Shown here: positions 47,033 through 55,832 of the stretch, in pieces
Position numbering within the stretch: the first letter of the stretch is position 1
How the letters are laid out: the number at the start of each line of letters is the position of its first letter
Assembly: GCA_004283055.1 (NCBI GenBank)
Contig: SHLP01000002.1
Location: forward strand, 2,753 to 66,752
From: Deltaproteobacteria bacterium
Lineage (GTDB): Bacteria > Myxococcota_A > Polyangia > Polyangiales > Houyiibacteriaceae
DNA: 64,000 nucleotides
Direction: 5' to 3'
Position numbers and translations under genes: made by a program
Notes under the pieces: generated by a model
Databases searched by the model: none
Told to the model about the DNA's origin: nothing
What the model saw: the letters and a program-made list of their open reading frames with translations, nothing else

Positions 47033-47769
47033 GTCAATTCGGCCGGCGATACCTTTGCGTCATTGCGCTGATCGCTGGCGACCCTGCCATCCGACAATGA
47101 AACGACACGGTCCGCCATCGAAGCGATCGGCGCATGGTGCGTGATCACCGCCGTGGTCGTTCCGAGCGTTCGGTTCACCTCGTCGATGACTTCGAGCACG
47201 CGGATCCCCGTCTTGAAATCGAGCGCACCGGTCGGCTCGTCGCAAAGCAGGATTTCCGGCTGCTTGGCGACGGCACGGGCGATCGCGACTCGCTGCTGCT
47301 CGCCACCGGAGAGCTGAGCCGGAAAGTGATCCATTCGCTCGGTCAAGCCGACCAGCTCGAGGGCCTCTCTCGGATCCAGCGGGGTCTCGGCGATTTCAGT
47401 GACCAGGGCGATGTTTTCGCGCGCGGTGAGGCTGGGGACGAGATTATAGAACTGGAACACGAATCCGACGTGGTCGCGACGGAAACGGGTGAGCTCCCGC
47501 TCGCCGTGGCCCGCAATGTCGTCGCCTCGGTAGAGAACGCGGCCGGCCGTTGGCACATCGAGCGCTCCGAGAATGTTGAGCAAGGTGGACTTCCCGCTAC
47601 CCGAGGGACCGAGAAGAACCATGAGCTCCCCTTCGTAGAGAGGCACGTCCACACCCCTCAACGCGTGAACCTCCACGTCGCCCATCTGGTAGACCTTGCT
47701 CACGCCCTCGGCGGTGAGAATCGATTTGCGTTCGCTGCTTGGGCTGGGCTCTGGCATCACGGCGTCCAA
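47026..47769 (-). CDS. ABC transporter ATP-binding protein (MacB/LolD-type)
   Basis: It has Walker [10 protein letters not shown], the signature LSGGEQQR and Walker [13 protein letters not shown]. Confidence 0.9.
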   Translation of the reverse strand: MDAVMPEPSPSSERKSILTAEGVSKVYQMGDVEVHALRGVDVPLYEGELMVLLGPSGSGKSTLLNILGALDVPTAGRVLYRGDDIAGHGERELTRFRRDHVGFVFQFYNLVPSLTARENIALVTEIAETPLDPREALELVGLTERMDHFPAQLSGGEQQRVAIARAVAKQPEILLCDEPTGALDFKTGIRVLEVIDEVNRTLGTTTAVITHHAPIASMADRVVSLSDGRVASDQRNDAKVSPAELTW

Positions 47770-47881
47770 CTAGCGTGCTCGTTCGTACGCTCTGTGCCGA
47801 TCGAGGTCAACTCATCCTTGAAGGGATCGGGTGCAAGAGGGTATGAGCCTATTACCGACACGAGTCGGCCGTTTGTATCTC

Positions 47882-48769
47882 ATGCTCTCCGAATCCGATT
47901 TCAGAAACGTCACTCGGGGCGGGCAAACCTGGCGCTACGCCGACAGCGGCCAAGGGCCGGTCGTCGTGCTGATTCATGGCTTTCCGGACACACCAGAGTC
48001 CTATGCCGGAATCGCGCGCGCCCTGAATGACGCAGGATACCGAACCATCGTGCCCTACCTTCGCGGCTACCATCCCGATACCTTGGTGTCCGGGCGCCCG
48101 TACGACGCGCTGCACCTCGCCGAAGATGCGATTGGGCTGCTCGATGCCTTGGAGGTGCAGTCGGCGGTCTTGGTCGGACACGACTGGGGTGCGATGCTGG
48201 TCTGGGGCGCCGCCGCATTGGCGCCCGACCGGGTCGATGGAATCGTTCCGATCGCGATCGCCCATCCGAGGACCTTGAAGCCCAGCAACGCGCTTCAAGC
48301 GCTCGGCCTTCTCATCATCGCGCGGCACTTCATTTACTTTCGCCTGCCGTGGGCCGAAGCGGGAACGCGGCGTGGCGATTTCCGATACATCGATTCGCTC
48401 TACCGTCGCTGGGCGCCGCACTGGACCGGCCGCGAACGCGACGCCTCGTTGGCTCGTGTAAAAGAAGCCTTTTCGAGACCCGAGGTGCTCGAGGCCTCCC
48501 TCGACTACTACCGAGCGCTCGGCACGAAGATCGACCGGCGCTTGCTCGGGCCAATTGCGTGCAGGGGCTTGCTCGTTGCAGGAGGCCGAGACTTTGGCGG
48601 TCATCTGGGGCCATACAAGAAATCGCAAGGCCTCCTCGGAGGCGGCGGTGAGCTCCTCGTCATGCCGGAGGCCGGCCACTGGCCGCACCGCGAAGGGGAG
48701 GTCCAATTCACGGAGGCGCTCGTGGAATTCCTGGGTCGGCTCTACGAAAAAGAGCGCGCGCAGACTTGA
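47882..48769 (+). CDS. Alpha/beta hydrolase (epoxide-hydrolase/haloalkane-dehalogenase-like)
   Basis: It has VVVLIHGFPDTPESY and GHDWGAMLVW (nucleophile elbow with Asp). The start is probably ATG 47882. Confidence 0.75.
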   Translation: MLSESDFRNVTRGGQTWRYADSGQGPVVVLIHGFPDTPESYAGIARALNDAGYRTIVPYLRGYHPDTLVSGRPYDALHLAEDAIGLLDALEVQSAVLVGHDWGAMLVWGAAALAPDRVDGIVPIAIAHPRTLKPSNALQALGLLIIARHFIYFRLPWAEAGTRRGDFRYIDSLYRRWAPHWTGRERDASLARVKEAFSRPEVLEASLDYYRALGTKIDRRLLGPIACRGLLVAGGRDFGGHLGPYKKSQGLLGGGGELLVMPEAGHWPHREGEVQFTEALVEFLGRLYEKERAQT

Positions 48770-48778
48770 CGAATTTGG

Positions 48779-48815
48779 TTGACAGCCTCAATCATTTAGT
48801 TGCATCATTCAACTA
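48779..48815 (+). promoter_or_regulatory. AT-rich promoter/operator candidate upstream of arsM
   Basis: TTGACA sits at 48779-48784, followed by an AT-rich stretch with the direct repeat ATCATT (48791-96 and 48804-09) and a possible -10 CATCAT. A GGAGG SD at 48818-22 precedes ATG 48828. Confidence 0.3.
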
Positions 48816-48827
48816 TTGGAGGCTTTG

Positions 48828-49640
48828 ATGGAAGAAGATCGAGTACATGACGTGGTTAAGTCGGGCTACGCAGAGGTGGCCCGCCAGGGAGGCGGTTGCT
48901 GCGGCGCCGACGCTTCGAGCGCGCACGAGGAGACCGCAGCCCTCATCGGCTACGCAGAACGAGACATCACGGGCGCGGCGGCCGAAGCGAATCTGGGCCT
49001 GGGCTGTGGGAATCCGACGGCCCTTGCCAGCCTGAAGCCAGGCGAAACCGTGGTGGACTTGGGCTCCGGCGCCGGTTTTGACGCCCTGCTCTCGGCCGAA
49101 AAGCTAGGGCCGGAAGGCCGGTTCATCGGCGTCGACATGACTCCTGAGATGCTCGAGCGGGCCCGCACCAATGCGGTGAACGCCGGCTATGCGCGAACGG
49201 TCGAGTTTCGCGAGGGGCTCATCGAAAACCTCCCGGTTGCTTCCAGCAGCGTAGACGTCGTGATTTCCAACTGTGTCATCAACCTAAGCCCCGATAAGGG
49301 GCAGGTGTTTCGAGAGGCGTATCGCGTGCTCAAGCCCGGCGGGCGCCTCGCCGTGAGTGACATCGTGCTGAGCGCGCCTCTGCCGTCCGATATTGCCAAA
49401 ATTGCAGAGAGCTGGATTGCCTGCGTGGGCGGCGCGTTGGTCGAAGACGAGTACTTTGGCCACATTCGTGCGGCGGGGTTCGAGAACATCGATCACACTC
49501 GAACGCCGGCCGGCCCAATGTTCACATCGAGCTTGCAAGATCCGATATGGAAGGCCGCGGTCGAGCTCGTCGGCGAAGAACGGATCGTAGAGCTTTCACA
49601 GACCGTGTTCAGCTACTCGGTGACTGCCGAAAAGCGATGA
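48828..49640 (+). CDS. arsM: Arsenite S-adenosylmethionine methyltransferase
   Basis: It has VKSGYAEVARQGGGCCG, LGLGCGNP, VVDLGSGAGFD and VISNCVINLSPDK. Confidence 0.8.
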   Translation: MEEDRVHDVVKSGYAEVARQGGGCCGADASSAHEETAALIGYAERDITGAAAEANLGLGCGNPTALASLKPGETVVDLGSGAGFDALLSAEKLGPEGRFIGVDMTPEMLERARTNAVNAGYARTVEFREGLIENLPVASSSVDVVISNCVINLSPDKGQVFREAYRVLKPGGRLAVSDIVLSAPLPSDIAKIAESWIACVGGALVEDEYFGHIRAAGFENIDHTRTPAGPMFTSSLQDPIWKAAVELVGEERIVELSQTVFSYSVTAEKR

Positions 49641-50071
49641 GCTCGGTCGTAGAAGATGTAATTGCGTTCTGCCGCTTGTTCTCCTCGTTCGAGCGCGAGG
49701 AGATCTGCTGCGGCACCGTGAGCCCCGCGCAGTGCGTGCTCCTCCAGACACTGATGGACGGCGAATGGGATCTAAGCGGGCTAGCCGCACAGGCGAGGGT
49801 CACCAAGGGTGCGATGACTCGGCTGGTCGACGGCCTCGAGGCCCGCGCTTTGGTCACCCGCGAGAGAGCCGAAGACGATGGCCGCCGCGTGCTCGTCTCG
49901 CTCACCGGCGAAGGAAGAAAGGAAGCCAAGCGCCTCCGCCGTCTCACCGAGGACAGCATCACCACCGTCCTCGACCGCATCCCCCCCGCGGACCGAGCCC
50001 AAGCGATCCGAACCATCCACCTCTTACGCGAAGCCGCCGAACAGACCCGCTCGCAGCTAGACTGCTGCTAG
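49637..50071 (+). CDS. MarR-family transcriptional regulator with vicinal-Cys pairs
   Basis: ATG 49637 overlaps the arsM stop (ATGA). The winged helix is LAAQARVTKGAMTRLVDGLEARALVTRERAEDDGRRVLVSLT. It has the Cys motifs EICCG near the N-terminus and a C-terminal DCC. Confidence 0.75.
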   Translation: MSSVVEDVIAFCRLFSSFEREEICCGTVSPAQCVLLQTLMDGEWDLSGLAAQARVTKGAMTRLVDGLEARALVTRERAEDDGRRVLVSLTGEGRKEAKRLRRLTEDSITTVLDRIPPADRAQAIRTIHLLREAAEQTRSQLDCC

Positions 50072-50254
50072 GGACACGCTCGCACCCAAAAAGCTTCATA
50101 AATTCAGATGTTTAAGGCCTAGACCGCGAAAACCGCCGGGCGCTGTTTACGGCTGTGCTCTAGCCCCGGCGCCAAAGTGACTCGGCGACGGGTTTTCGCG
50201 GTGTGCATCGCAAGTGCTTGAAAGAGCAATGTTTTTTAGGGGGGAGCGTGTCCC
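50072..50254. mobile_element. MITE-like non-autonomous element candidate with imperfect terminal inverted repeats, flanked by a CTAG duplication
   Basis: GGGACACGCTC (50071-81) pairs with GAGCGTGTCCC (50244-54). The repeats extend imperfectly to about 24 bp (A5 on the left, T6 on the right). CTAG sits at 50068-71 and again at 50255-58. An internal 12-bp perfect inverted repeat is ACCGCGAAAACC (50123-34) / GGTTTTCGCGGT (50191-202). Confidence 0.4.
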
Positions 50255-51853
50255 CTAGAGCTGGCCGGCGGCGTGCTGTTTTCTTAGGGCTTTCTTGTCG
50301 AATTTGCCGACGCTGGTTTTTGGGATTTCGTCGATGAACGCCCAGCGCTCGGGAAGCCACCACTTGGCGACTTTGTCAGCGAGGTAGGCCCGGATCTCTT
50401 CGGGGGTGATCGTGCTCCCCTCTTTTCGGACGACGCAGGCGAGCGGGCGCTCATCCCATTTTTCATCCGGGATGCCGACGACGGCGGCCTCGGCGACATC
50501 GGGGTGCGCGATGATCGCGTTCTCGAGCTCCACCGAAGAGATCCATTCACCGCCCGACTTGATGACGTCCTTCGCGCGGTCGGTAATCTGCGCATAGCCT
50601 CGTTCATCGACGAAGCCGACGTCGCCCGTACGCAGCCAGCCCTGGTGAAATTTGTCCACGTCGTCGACCCCGTAGTAGCTGCCCGTCACCCAGGGGCCGC
50701 GAACTTGAATTTCGCCTACCGACTTGCCGTCCCAGGGCAGCACGTGACCTGATTCATCGACGATGCGCAGCTCGATCCCAGCAACGGGACGACCGGTCCG
50801 ACTCCGATATCGCCAAGCCTCTTCGCCTTCAACGCTGCGCGGCACCGATGCGATGGTCCCGACCGGGCTCGTTTCTGTCATGCCCCAAAGCTGCAGAAGC
50901 GTGACCCCATACCGTTCGTCGAAGGCGCGCATCAAAGATTCGGGCACTGCAGAGCCACCGCAAATGACCAATCGGAACGACGACAAATCGATGTCCTTGC
51001 GTTCCCCGTAGTGAAGAACGCCCGTCCAAATGCTCGGAACTGCGCCCGCAAGCGTTGGGCGATGACGTTCGATCATCCCCACCAAAGGCTCCGGTTGAAG
51101 ATACTGCGCGGGATGCAGGAAGTCGGTGCCGACCCACCAGCCGGCGTAAGGCAGGCCCCAGCAGTTCGCATGAAACATCGGCACGATGGTGAGGATCATG
51201 TCGCGTTCGCTCAGACCAGCCACTGCTCCTGATGTGAGCGCATAGGAATGAAGCACCGTCGAACGGTGGCTGTACACCACGCCTTTGGGATCACCGGTGG
51301 TGCCGCTCGTGTATCCCATCGATGCTGGCGCCCGCTCGTCGAGCACCGGCCACGCGATGCCGGGCGTTTGGGATGCCAGGAGCTCGTCGTACCGGTGAAT
51401 CGTGGCCCGCGGCGCCTCGCGCAAGGGGGCATCGTCTCCGCCGCCGACCACGATGATGTGCTCGACGGTGTTTAGCTCTTTGGCGACCCTCCCCAGCAAA
51501 GGAACGAGCGAATCATCGACGATGATGACTTTGTCGGCTGCGTGGTTGATCACGAAGGCCAACTGCTCGGGGAACAGCCGGATGTTGAGCGTATGCATGA
51601 CCGCGCCCATCGAGGAGATCGCGAAATAGGCCTCGAGGTGCTCTTGGCTGTTCCAGCAAAAGGTGCCGACTCTTTCCTCGCGCTCCACGCCGAGCTCCAT
51701 CAGAGCTTTGGCGAGTTGCTCCGTGCGATTGCCGACTTCTGCATAACTGGCAACACGGTCACCTTCCCCATCGACCGTAATGACGCGGCTACTTGGATAA
51801 TAGCGCCGCCCATGCTCGAACAAATCCGAGATAAGGAGCGGCCGGTCCATCAT
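50255..51853 (-). CDS. AMP-dependent acyl-CoA synthetase (long/medium-chain fatty-acid--CoA ligase type)
   Basis: The start is probably ATG 51853/51850 ([15 protein letters not shown]). It has the [22 protein letters not shown]-binding motif and a C-terminal GKFDKKALR. Confidence 0.85.
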   Translation of the reverse strand: MMDRPLLISDLFEHGRRYYPSSRVITVDGEGDRVASYAEVGNRTEQLAKALMELGVEREERVGTFCWNSQEHLEAYFAISSMGAVMHTLNIRLFPEQLAFVINHAADKVIIVDDSLVPLLGRVAKELNTVEHIIVVGGGDDAPLREAPRATIHRYDELLASQTPGIAWPVLDERAPASMGYTSGTTGDPKGVVYSHRSTVLHSYALTSGAVAGLSERDMILTIVPMFHANCWGLPYAGWWVGTDFLHPAQYLQPEPLVGMIERHRPTLAGAVPSIWTGVLHYGERKDIDLSSFRLVICGGSAVPESLMRAFDERYGVTLLQLWGMTETSPVGTIASVPRSVEGEEAWRYRSRTGRPVAGIELRIVDESGHVLPWDGKSVGEIQVRGPWVTGSYYGVDDVDKFHQGWLRTGDVGFVDERGYAQITDRAKDVIKSGGEWISSVELENAIIAHPDVAEAAVVGIPDEKWDERPLACVVRKEGSTITPEEIRAYLADKVAKWWLPERWAFIDEIPKTSVGKFDKKALRKQHAAGQL

Positions 51854-51897
51854 CGTCGAAAAGCTCACCTCGACTTCCTCCGCGTCAGCAAGGGCGC

Positions 51898-52551
51898 TCA
51901 GTCCGCCTGGAAGCCCGCCGCCTTGTGCGCTCCGTCGCAAAACGGTTTGTTTTTCGATTGGCCGCAGCGGCACAGCGCCGCCTTCTTTCCAGTCCATGAT
52001 TTTCGGCCGCTCGCTGCGACGATGGTGAAGTTGCCGCTGAGCAGAAGCGGACCGTTGGGCGCGCGGCCGACCTTGAGGGTCCCTCCCTGCGCCTCGAGCG
52101 CTTCGCCGCTTTCCCCAACGGCGCCGTAGTCTTTGAATCCAGCCTCCTCGTGACTGTTGTCACAGAAGGGTTTGTTCTTCGACTGGCCGCAGCGGCAAAG
52201 CGCCGCACGGAAACGCACTCCCGGCATGTCTTCGGCCGCGCCGTCCACGTCCAAGTCTCCGCGAACGTAGAGCGGACCGTTGTAGATCACAAAGACCGTA
52301 TTCTCAGCTTCCGCCACCTCGGCTTCGCCGCCATCTTTGCGATCGTAGCTCAGAGCGCCAGAGGGACAGCGTTTGACGACATCCACGACCTCGTTCGAGC
52401 TCACCAAGTCCGGCTGGCACCAAGGCTGCCGCCCGCCGACGAAGAGCTCGTTGTCGGCTCGCCCGCACTCGCCGACGTGAATGCACAGACGACCATCCCA
52501 ACGGACATCAGATTTGGCGCCTGGGTATGTAACGACCTTCTTTTCGCTCAT
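51898..52551 (-). CDS. Iron-sulfur protein: divergent 4Fe-4S mono-cluster domain plus two CDGSH-type 2Fe-2S domains
   Basis: It has CIHVGECGRA...CPSGAL, then CRCGQSKNKPFCDNSH and CRCGQSKNKPFCDGAH. Confidence 0.8.
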   Translation of the reverse strand: MSEKKVVTYPGAKSDVRWDGRLCIHVGECGRADNELFVGGRQPWCQPDLVSSNEVVDVVKRCPSGALSYDRKDGGEAEVAEAENTVFVIYNGPLYVRGDLDVDGAAEDMPGVRFRAALCRCGQSKNKPFCDNSHEEAGFKDYGAVGESGEALEAQGGTLKVGRAPNGPLLLSGNFTIVAASGRKSWTGKKAALCRCGQSKNKPFCDGAHKAAGFQAD

Positions 52552-52686
52552 GGAGTCTCTCCTGTTCGTGCTGCGATGATGGGCACCACCCGGGACTGGT
52601 TTTTTACTACACCAAGCGCGATGCGACTACCGGGAAGTGACACGAGATCGCGCGAGACTCGAGAGCGTGGTAGGCAAGCGGTCCAA

Positions 52687-53610
52687 ATGGGGCATCACCA
52701 CCACCATCACGCCACCGACGCCGAAGCCCAAGGCAACCGTCGACGATTGTCCATGGCGCTTGCGCTGACGGCTACGTACATGGTTGCGGAGGTCGTCGGC
52801 GGCCTCGCGGCCAATTCCTTGGCGCTCCTCGCCGATGCGGGGCACATGTTTTCGGACGCCGCCGCGCTCGGCCTCTCCCTAGTGGCGGTCACGCTGGCTC
52901 AGCGCCCGGCCACTACTCAGCGAACGTATGGTTTTCACCGGGCCGAGATTCTCGCCGCACTCGCGAACGGCGCCGCCCTGCTCGCCCTTTCCGTGTTGAT
53001 CGCGCGCGAGGCCTGCGAGCGCCTGGCGCAACCGCCCGAGGTACGAGGCGCCTTGATGCTGGCGGTCGCAGCGGGTGGCCTCGCGATCAACTTGGCAAAC
53101 CTCATGATCCTCAGCGGCGGCCGCCGGAGCAATCTCAACGTACGCGGCGCTTGGCTGCACGTCATGGCCGATACACTGGGAAGCATCGGCGCTATGTCCG
53201 CTGGCGTCGTGATTTACTTCTTTGGATGGCGCTGGGCCGACCCCGTTGCGTCCTTCATCATCGCGTCTCTCGTCTTGTACTCTGCTTGGGGACTGGTACG
53301 GGAAACCCTCGACGTCCTCATGGAAGGCGTGCCGAAGGGCATCTCCGTCGAAGACATCACGTCGGCGCTCAGGGAGCTTCCGGGCGTCTTGGACACCCAT
53401 GATCTGCACGTATGGTCGTTGACGAGCGGACGCAACGTGGCAACCGTCCACCTGATCATCGCACCAGAGGCGGACCACCAGGGCGTCATCGATGTCGCGA
53501 ATCGCACATTGGCCACCCAATTCGCCATCGAGCACGTCACCATCCAAGTGGAGCACGACGCGCTGGCAAGCCAATGCAATCCGTGCGGACCTGCGCCCTC
53601 CAGTGGCTAG
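52687..53610 (+). CDS. Cation diffusion facilitator (CzcD/ZitB-type) transporter with N-terminal His6
   Basis: The start is ATG 52687 (MGHHHHHHATDAE). It has ADAGHMFSDAAALG and HVMADTLGSIG (HxxxD pairs), plus a C-terminal cytoplasmic domain. Confidence 0.85.
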   Translation: MGHHHHHHATDAEAQGNRRRLSMALALTATYMVAEVVGGLAANSLALLADAGHMFSDAAALGLSLVAVTLAQRPATTQRTYGFHRAEILAALANGAALLALSVLIAREACERLAQPPEVRGALMLAVAAGGLAINLANLMILSGGRRSNLNVRGAWLHVMADTLGSIGAMSAGVVIYFFGWRWADPVASFIIASLVLYSAWGLVRETLDVLMEGVPKGISVEDITSALRELPGVLDTHDLHVWSLTSGRNVATVHLIIAPEADHQGVIDVANRTLATQFAIEHVTIQVEHDALASQCNPCGPAPSSG

Positions 53611-53617
53611 GAGGGCC

Positions 53618-53830
53618 TCATCCGTTTTCGGGACTGGCGCTCGCGCACTGCGCACAGATGCAGACTTTGCCCTGTGCCTCCTGGGGAATCGACGTGAGCG
53701 CGCTCGGGTCCATCGTCGCCGTCATGCACCAGCACGAATCCGGATCCCGGCCGGCAGCGACCGCGCATTGATTGTCTCGTCCGCAAAGCGGGCACTTGGT
53801 CTGGTCGTCGTAGTTCGGACGTTCGTTCAT
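53618..53830 (-). CDS. Cysteine-rich CWC-family small protein
   Basis: 70 aa. It has CPLCGRDNQCAVAAGRDPDSCWCM and CICAQC. The ATG overlaps the upstream stop (ATGA). Confidence 0.7.
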   Translation of the reverse strand: MNERPNYDDQTKCPLCGRDNQCAVAAGRDPDSCWCMTATMDPSALTSIPQEAQGKVCICAQCASASPENG

Positions 53831-54468
53831 TCCATTTCCGTAATGGCTTCAATTTCGGTGAACCGCTGTTGGTAAAGCTCTTCGATGTAAGAGTGCATTT
53901 CATTGAGCCTCACCACTTGTTTCTCGGGGGTGGCCTCTCTTTCGTTTGCATCGCAGAGCTTCGATAGTTGCTGGACCGCCTCGAGCGAGTTGCTGGCGCG
54001 CGTTGCAGAAATCGCCACGAGCGCAGTCATCGCAAGGGCCGGCAAGGCAACCATCAAGAGACGCGACCACACCCCTGGAGGCGTGCGTTGGACCATCCAG
54101 GGCGTCATCAACACCAGAATGGCCGCTCCCAAGCTCGCCAGAATCCACGGGCCGTGCCTATGCCAAACGTGGCGCCATGCGCCCGCGGTTCGCTCCATTC
54201 GCGCTTCGTTGCACGGATCGGAGTCTTTGAGGAACCGAAGCTCATCCTCTACGGCATCGGCGAGCTCGTCGGCGAGCCGTTCGTTGAGACTGACGCGCGA
54301 AAGGTCGACGGCACGCGCTTCGGAACGCTTTTCTGGGGGCACCATCGAAAAGCGGTTCACGTAGACCGTCCGGCCGGAGCCGGAGGTGTACGAGTAGAAC
54401 ACCGGCGCCGACTGCGCCTGCGCAATGGCTGCAAGCGCGAGGACCGAGGCTAGGATGAGAATGCGCAT
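53827..54468 (-). CDS. Secreted/membrane protein of unknown function (DUF4124-like N-terminus, two TM helices, C-terminal coiled coil)
   Basis: The start is MRILILASVLALAAIAQAQS (signal peptide). FYSYTSGSGRTVYVNRF resembles DUF4124. The start shares 1 nt with the nhaA stop. Confidence 0.45.
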   Translation of the reverse strand: MRILILASVLALAAIAQAQSAPVFYSYTSGSGRTVYVNRFSMVPPEKRSEARAVDLSRVSLNERLADELADAVEDELRFLKDSDPCNEARMERTAGAWRHVWHRHGPWILASLGAAILVLMTPWMVQRTPPGVWSRLLMVALPALAMTALVAISATRASNSLEAVQQLSKLCDANEREATPEKQVVRLNEMHSYIEELYQQRFTEIEAITEME

Positions 54469-55802
54469 CAGGTCTTCTTGGTGACAACGGATAGTATCAG
54501 CATGCCGAGGACGGCGCTCACGAACGAGCCGAGTATGATGCCGATTTTCGCCGACACCAGGAGCTCTCCGGAGAGGCCCAGAGACGCGATGAACAGAGCC
54601 ATGGTGAAACCGATGCCGCCGAGGAACGCCGCACCGAGAAGAATCGGCCAGGTGACGCCCTCGGGCCGCGCCGCCCAACCGAGCTTCACCGTCAGCCAAG
54701 AAGCGCCGAAAATTCCGATCGACTTGCCGAGAACGAGTCCTGAAGCCACGGCCAGGGAAACCGGTTCACCCATTCGATCGACCTCGATGGCCACGCCCGC
54801 GTTAGCGAGCGCGAACAGCGGCATGATGACGAACGCCACCCATGGGTGCAGCGCAGTTTCGAGCCGAAACAAGGGTGAAACCGCCTCTCGGGAGGCAAAC
54901 GAAAGGTCAGCAACGAGCTCTCGCGCGCGTTCGATGCTGGTCTCCGGCTTGCGTAGGGTGTCGTTGACGTGCCGCAGGAAGCCGAGAAAGCGCTGCCCAC
55001 CAAGCCACGGATGGGCGGGCGTCAGCAAGCCGACCAAGACACCTGCGACAGTCGAGTGCACACCCGATTCCAGAGTGCAGAGCCACACCCAGCCACCAAC
55101 GATGACATAGATTCCTATCGAGCGAACACCCAGACGACTCATCATGACAATCGCGGCAAGTCCGACGAGGGCCCCCGCGAGCCAGACTCCGCTGATCGAC
55201 TCGGTGTAAAAGACGGCAATGACCAACACCGCCATGAGGTCATCGACGATCGCTAGGGAAAGCATCAAGATGCCCAGGCCACGGGGGACGCGCTTGCCCA
55301 AAATCGACATGCAGCCTACGACGAACGCGATGTCCGTCGCCATCGGGACTGCCCAGCCTCGCTCTCCTGCCTCGCCGTATTGCAACGCCAGATAAATCAA
55401 CACGGGCGCAACGACACCCCCAATTGCCGCCGCGACAGGCAGCGCGACCTTTCGGCGATCACTGAGCTCACCAATGACCATTTCGCGCTTGATTTCCAAG
55501 CCGATGACGAAGAAGAAAATCGCCATGAGCCCGTCGTTGATCCAGTGCGCGAGGGAGTGCGAAAGCGCGAAGTCGCCGACGGCGAAGCGAAGTTTCTGGT
55601 GCCAAAAAGCGTCGTAGATTTCCGCGTAGGGCGAGTTCGCGGCGAGCAGCGCAACGGCCGTGCAAATCAAGAGGACGACACCGCTTGCCGACTCGATGTG
55701 CGTAAACGCTTGTAGGGGCCGCTGGAGGCGCTGAATCGGACGATTCGGCAGGTGGGTGATCCTCGAATACGAGAGCTCGTCGTTGCCCATCGGCACCGCC
55801 AT
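54468..55802 (-). CDS. nhaA: Na+/H+ antiporter NhaA
   Basis: It has ESASGVVLLICTAVALLAANSPY, the VPMATDIAF (DD-type) region and IVDDLMAVLVIAVFY. The start is uncertain (55853, 55802 or 55790). Confidence 0.8.
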   Translation of the reverse strand: MAVPMGNDELSYSRITHLPNRPIQRLQRPLQAFTHIESASGVVLLICTAVALLAANSPYAEIYDAFWHQKLRFAVGDFALSHSLAHWINDGLMAIFFFVIGLEIKREMVIGELSDRRKVALPVAAAIGGVVAPVLIYLALQYGEAGERGWAVPMATDIAFVVGCMSILGKRVPRGLGILMLSLAIVDDLMAVLVIAVFYTESISGVWLAGALVGLAAIVMMSRLGVRSIGIYVIVGGWVWLCTLESGVHSTVAGVLVGLLTPAHPWLGGQRFLGFLRHVNDTLRKPETSIERARELVADLSFASREAVSPLFRLETALHPWVAFVIMPLFALANAGVAIEVDRMGEPVSLAVASGLVLGKSIGIFGASWLTVKLGWAARPEGVTWPILLGAAFLGGIGFTMALFIASLGLSGELLVSAKIGIILGSFVSAVLGMLILSVVTKKT

Positions 55803-55832
55803 ATCCCGGAACGTGCTAGAAGGCCAGGGCCT

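Noticed and set aside
52552-52686. Possible metal riboswitch (czcD/NiCo-type) or MerR operator in the CDGSH/CDF divergent spacer
   Set aside because: I could not recognise the conserved riboswitch core or a long-spacer promoter with dyad symmetry by eye. A covariance-model search (Rfam) would be needed.
52687-52710. MGHHHHHH looks like an engineered His-tag or vector contamination
   Set aside because: No vector-like flanking sequence is present (no linker, protease site or T7/lac elements). The codons are mixed CAT/CAC in native high-G+C context. His-rich termini are a known feature of CDF metal transporters.
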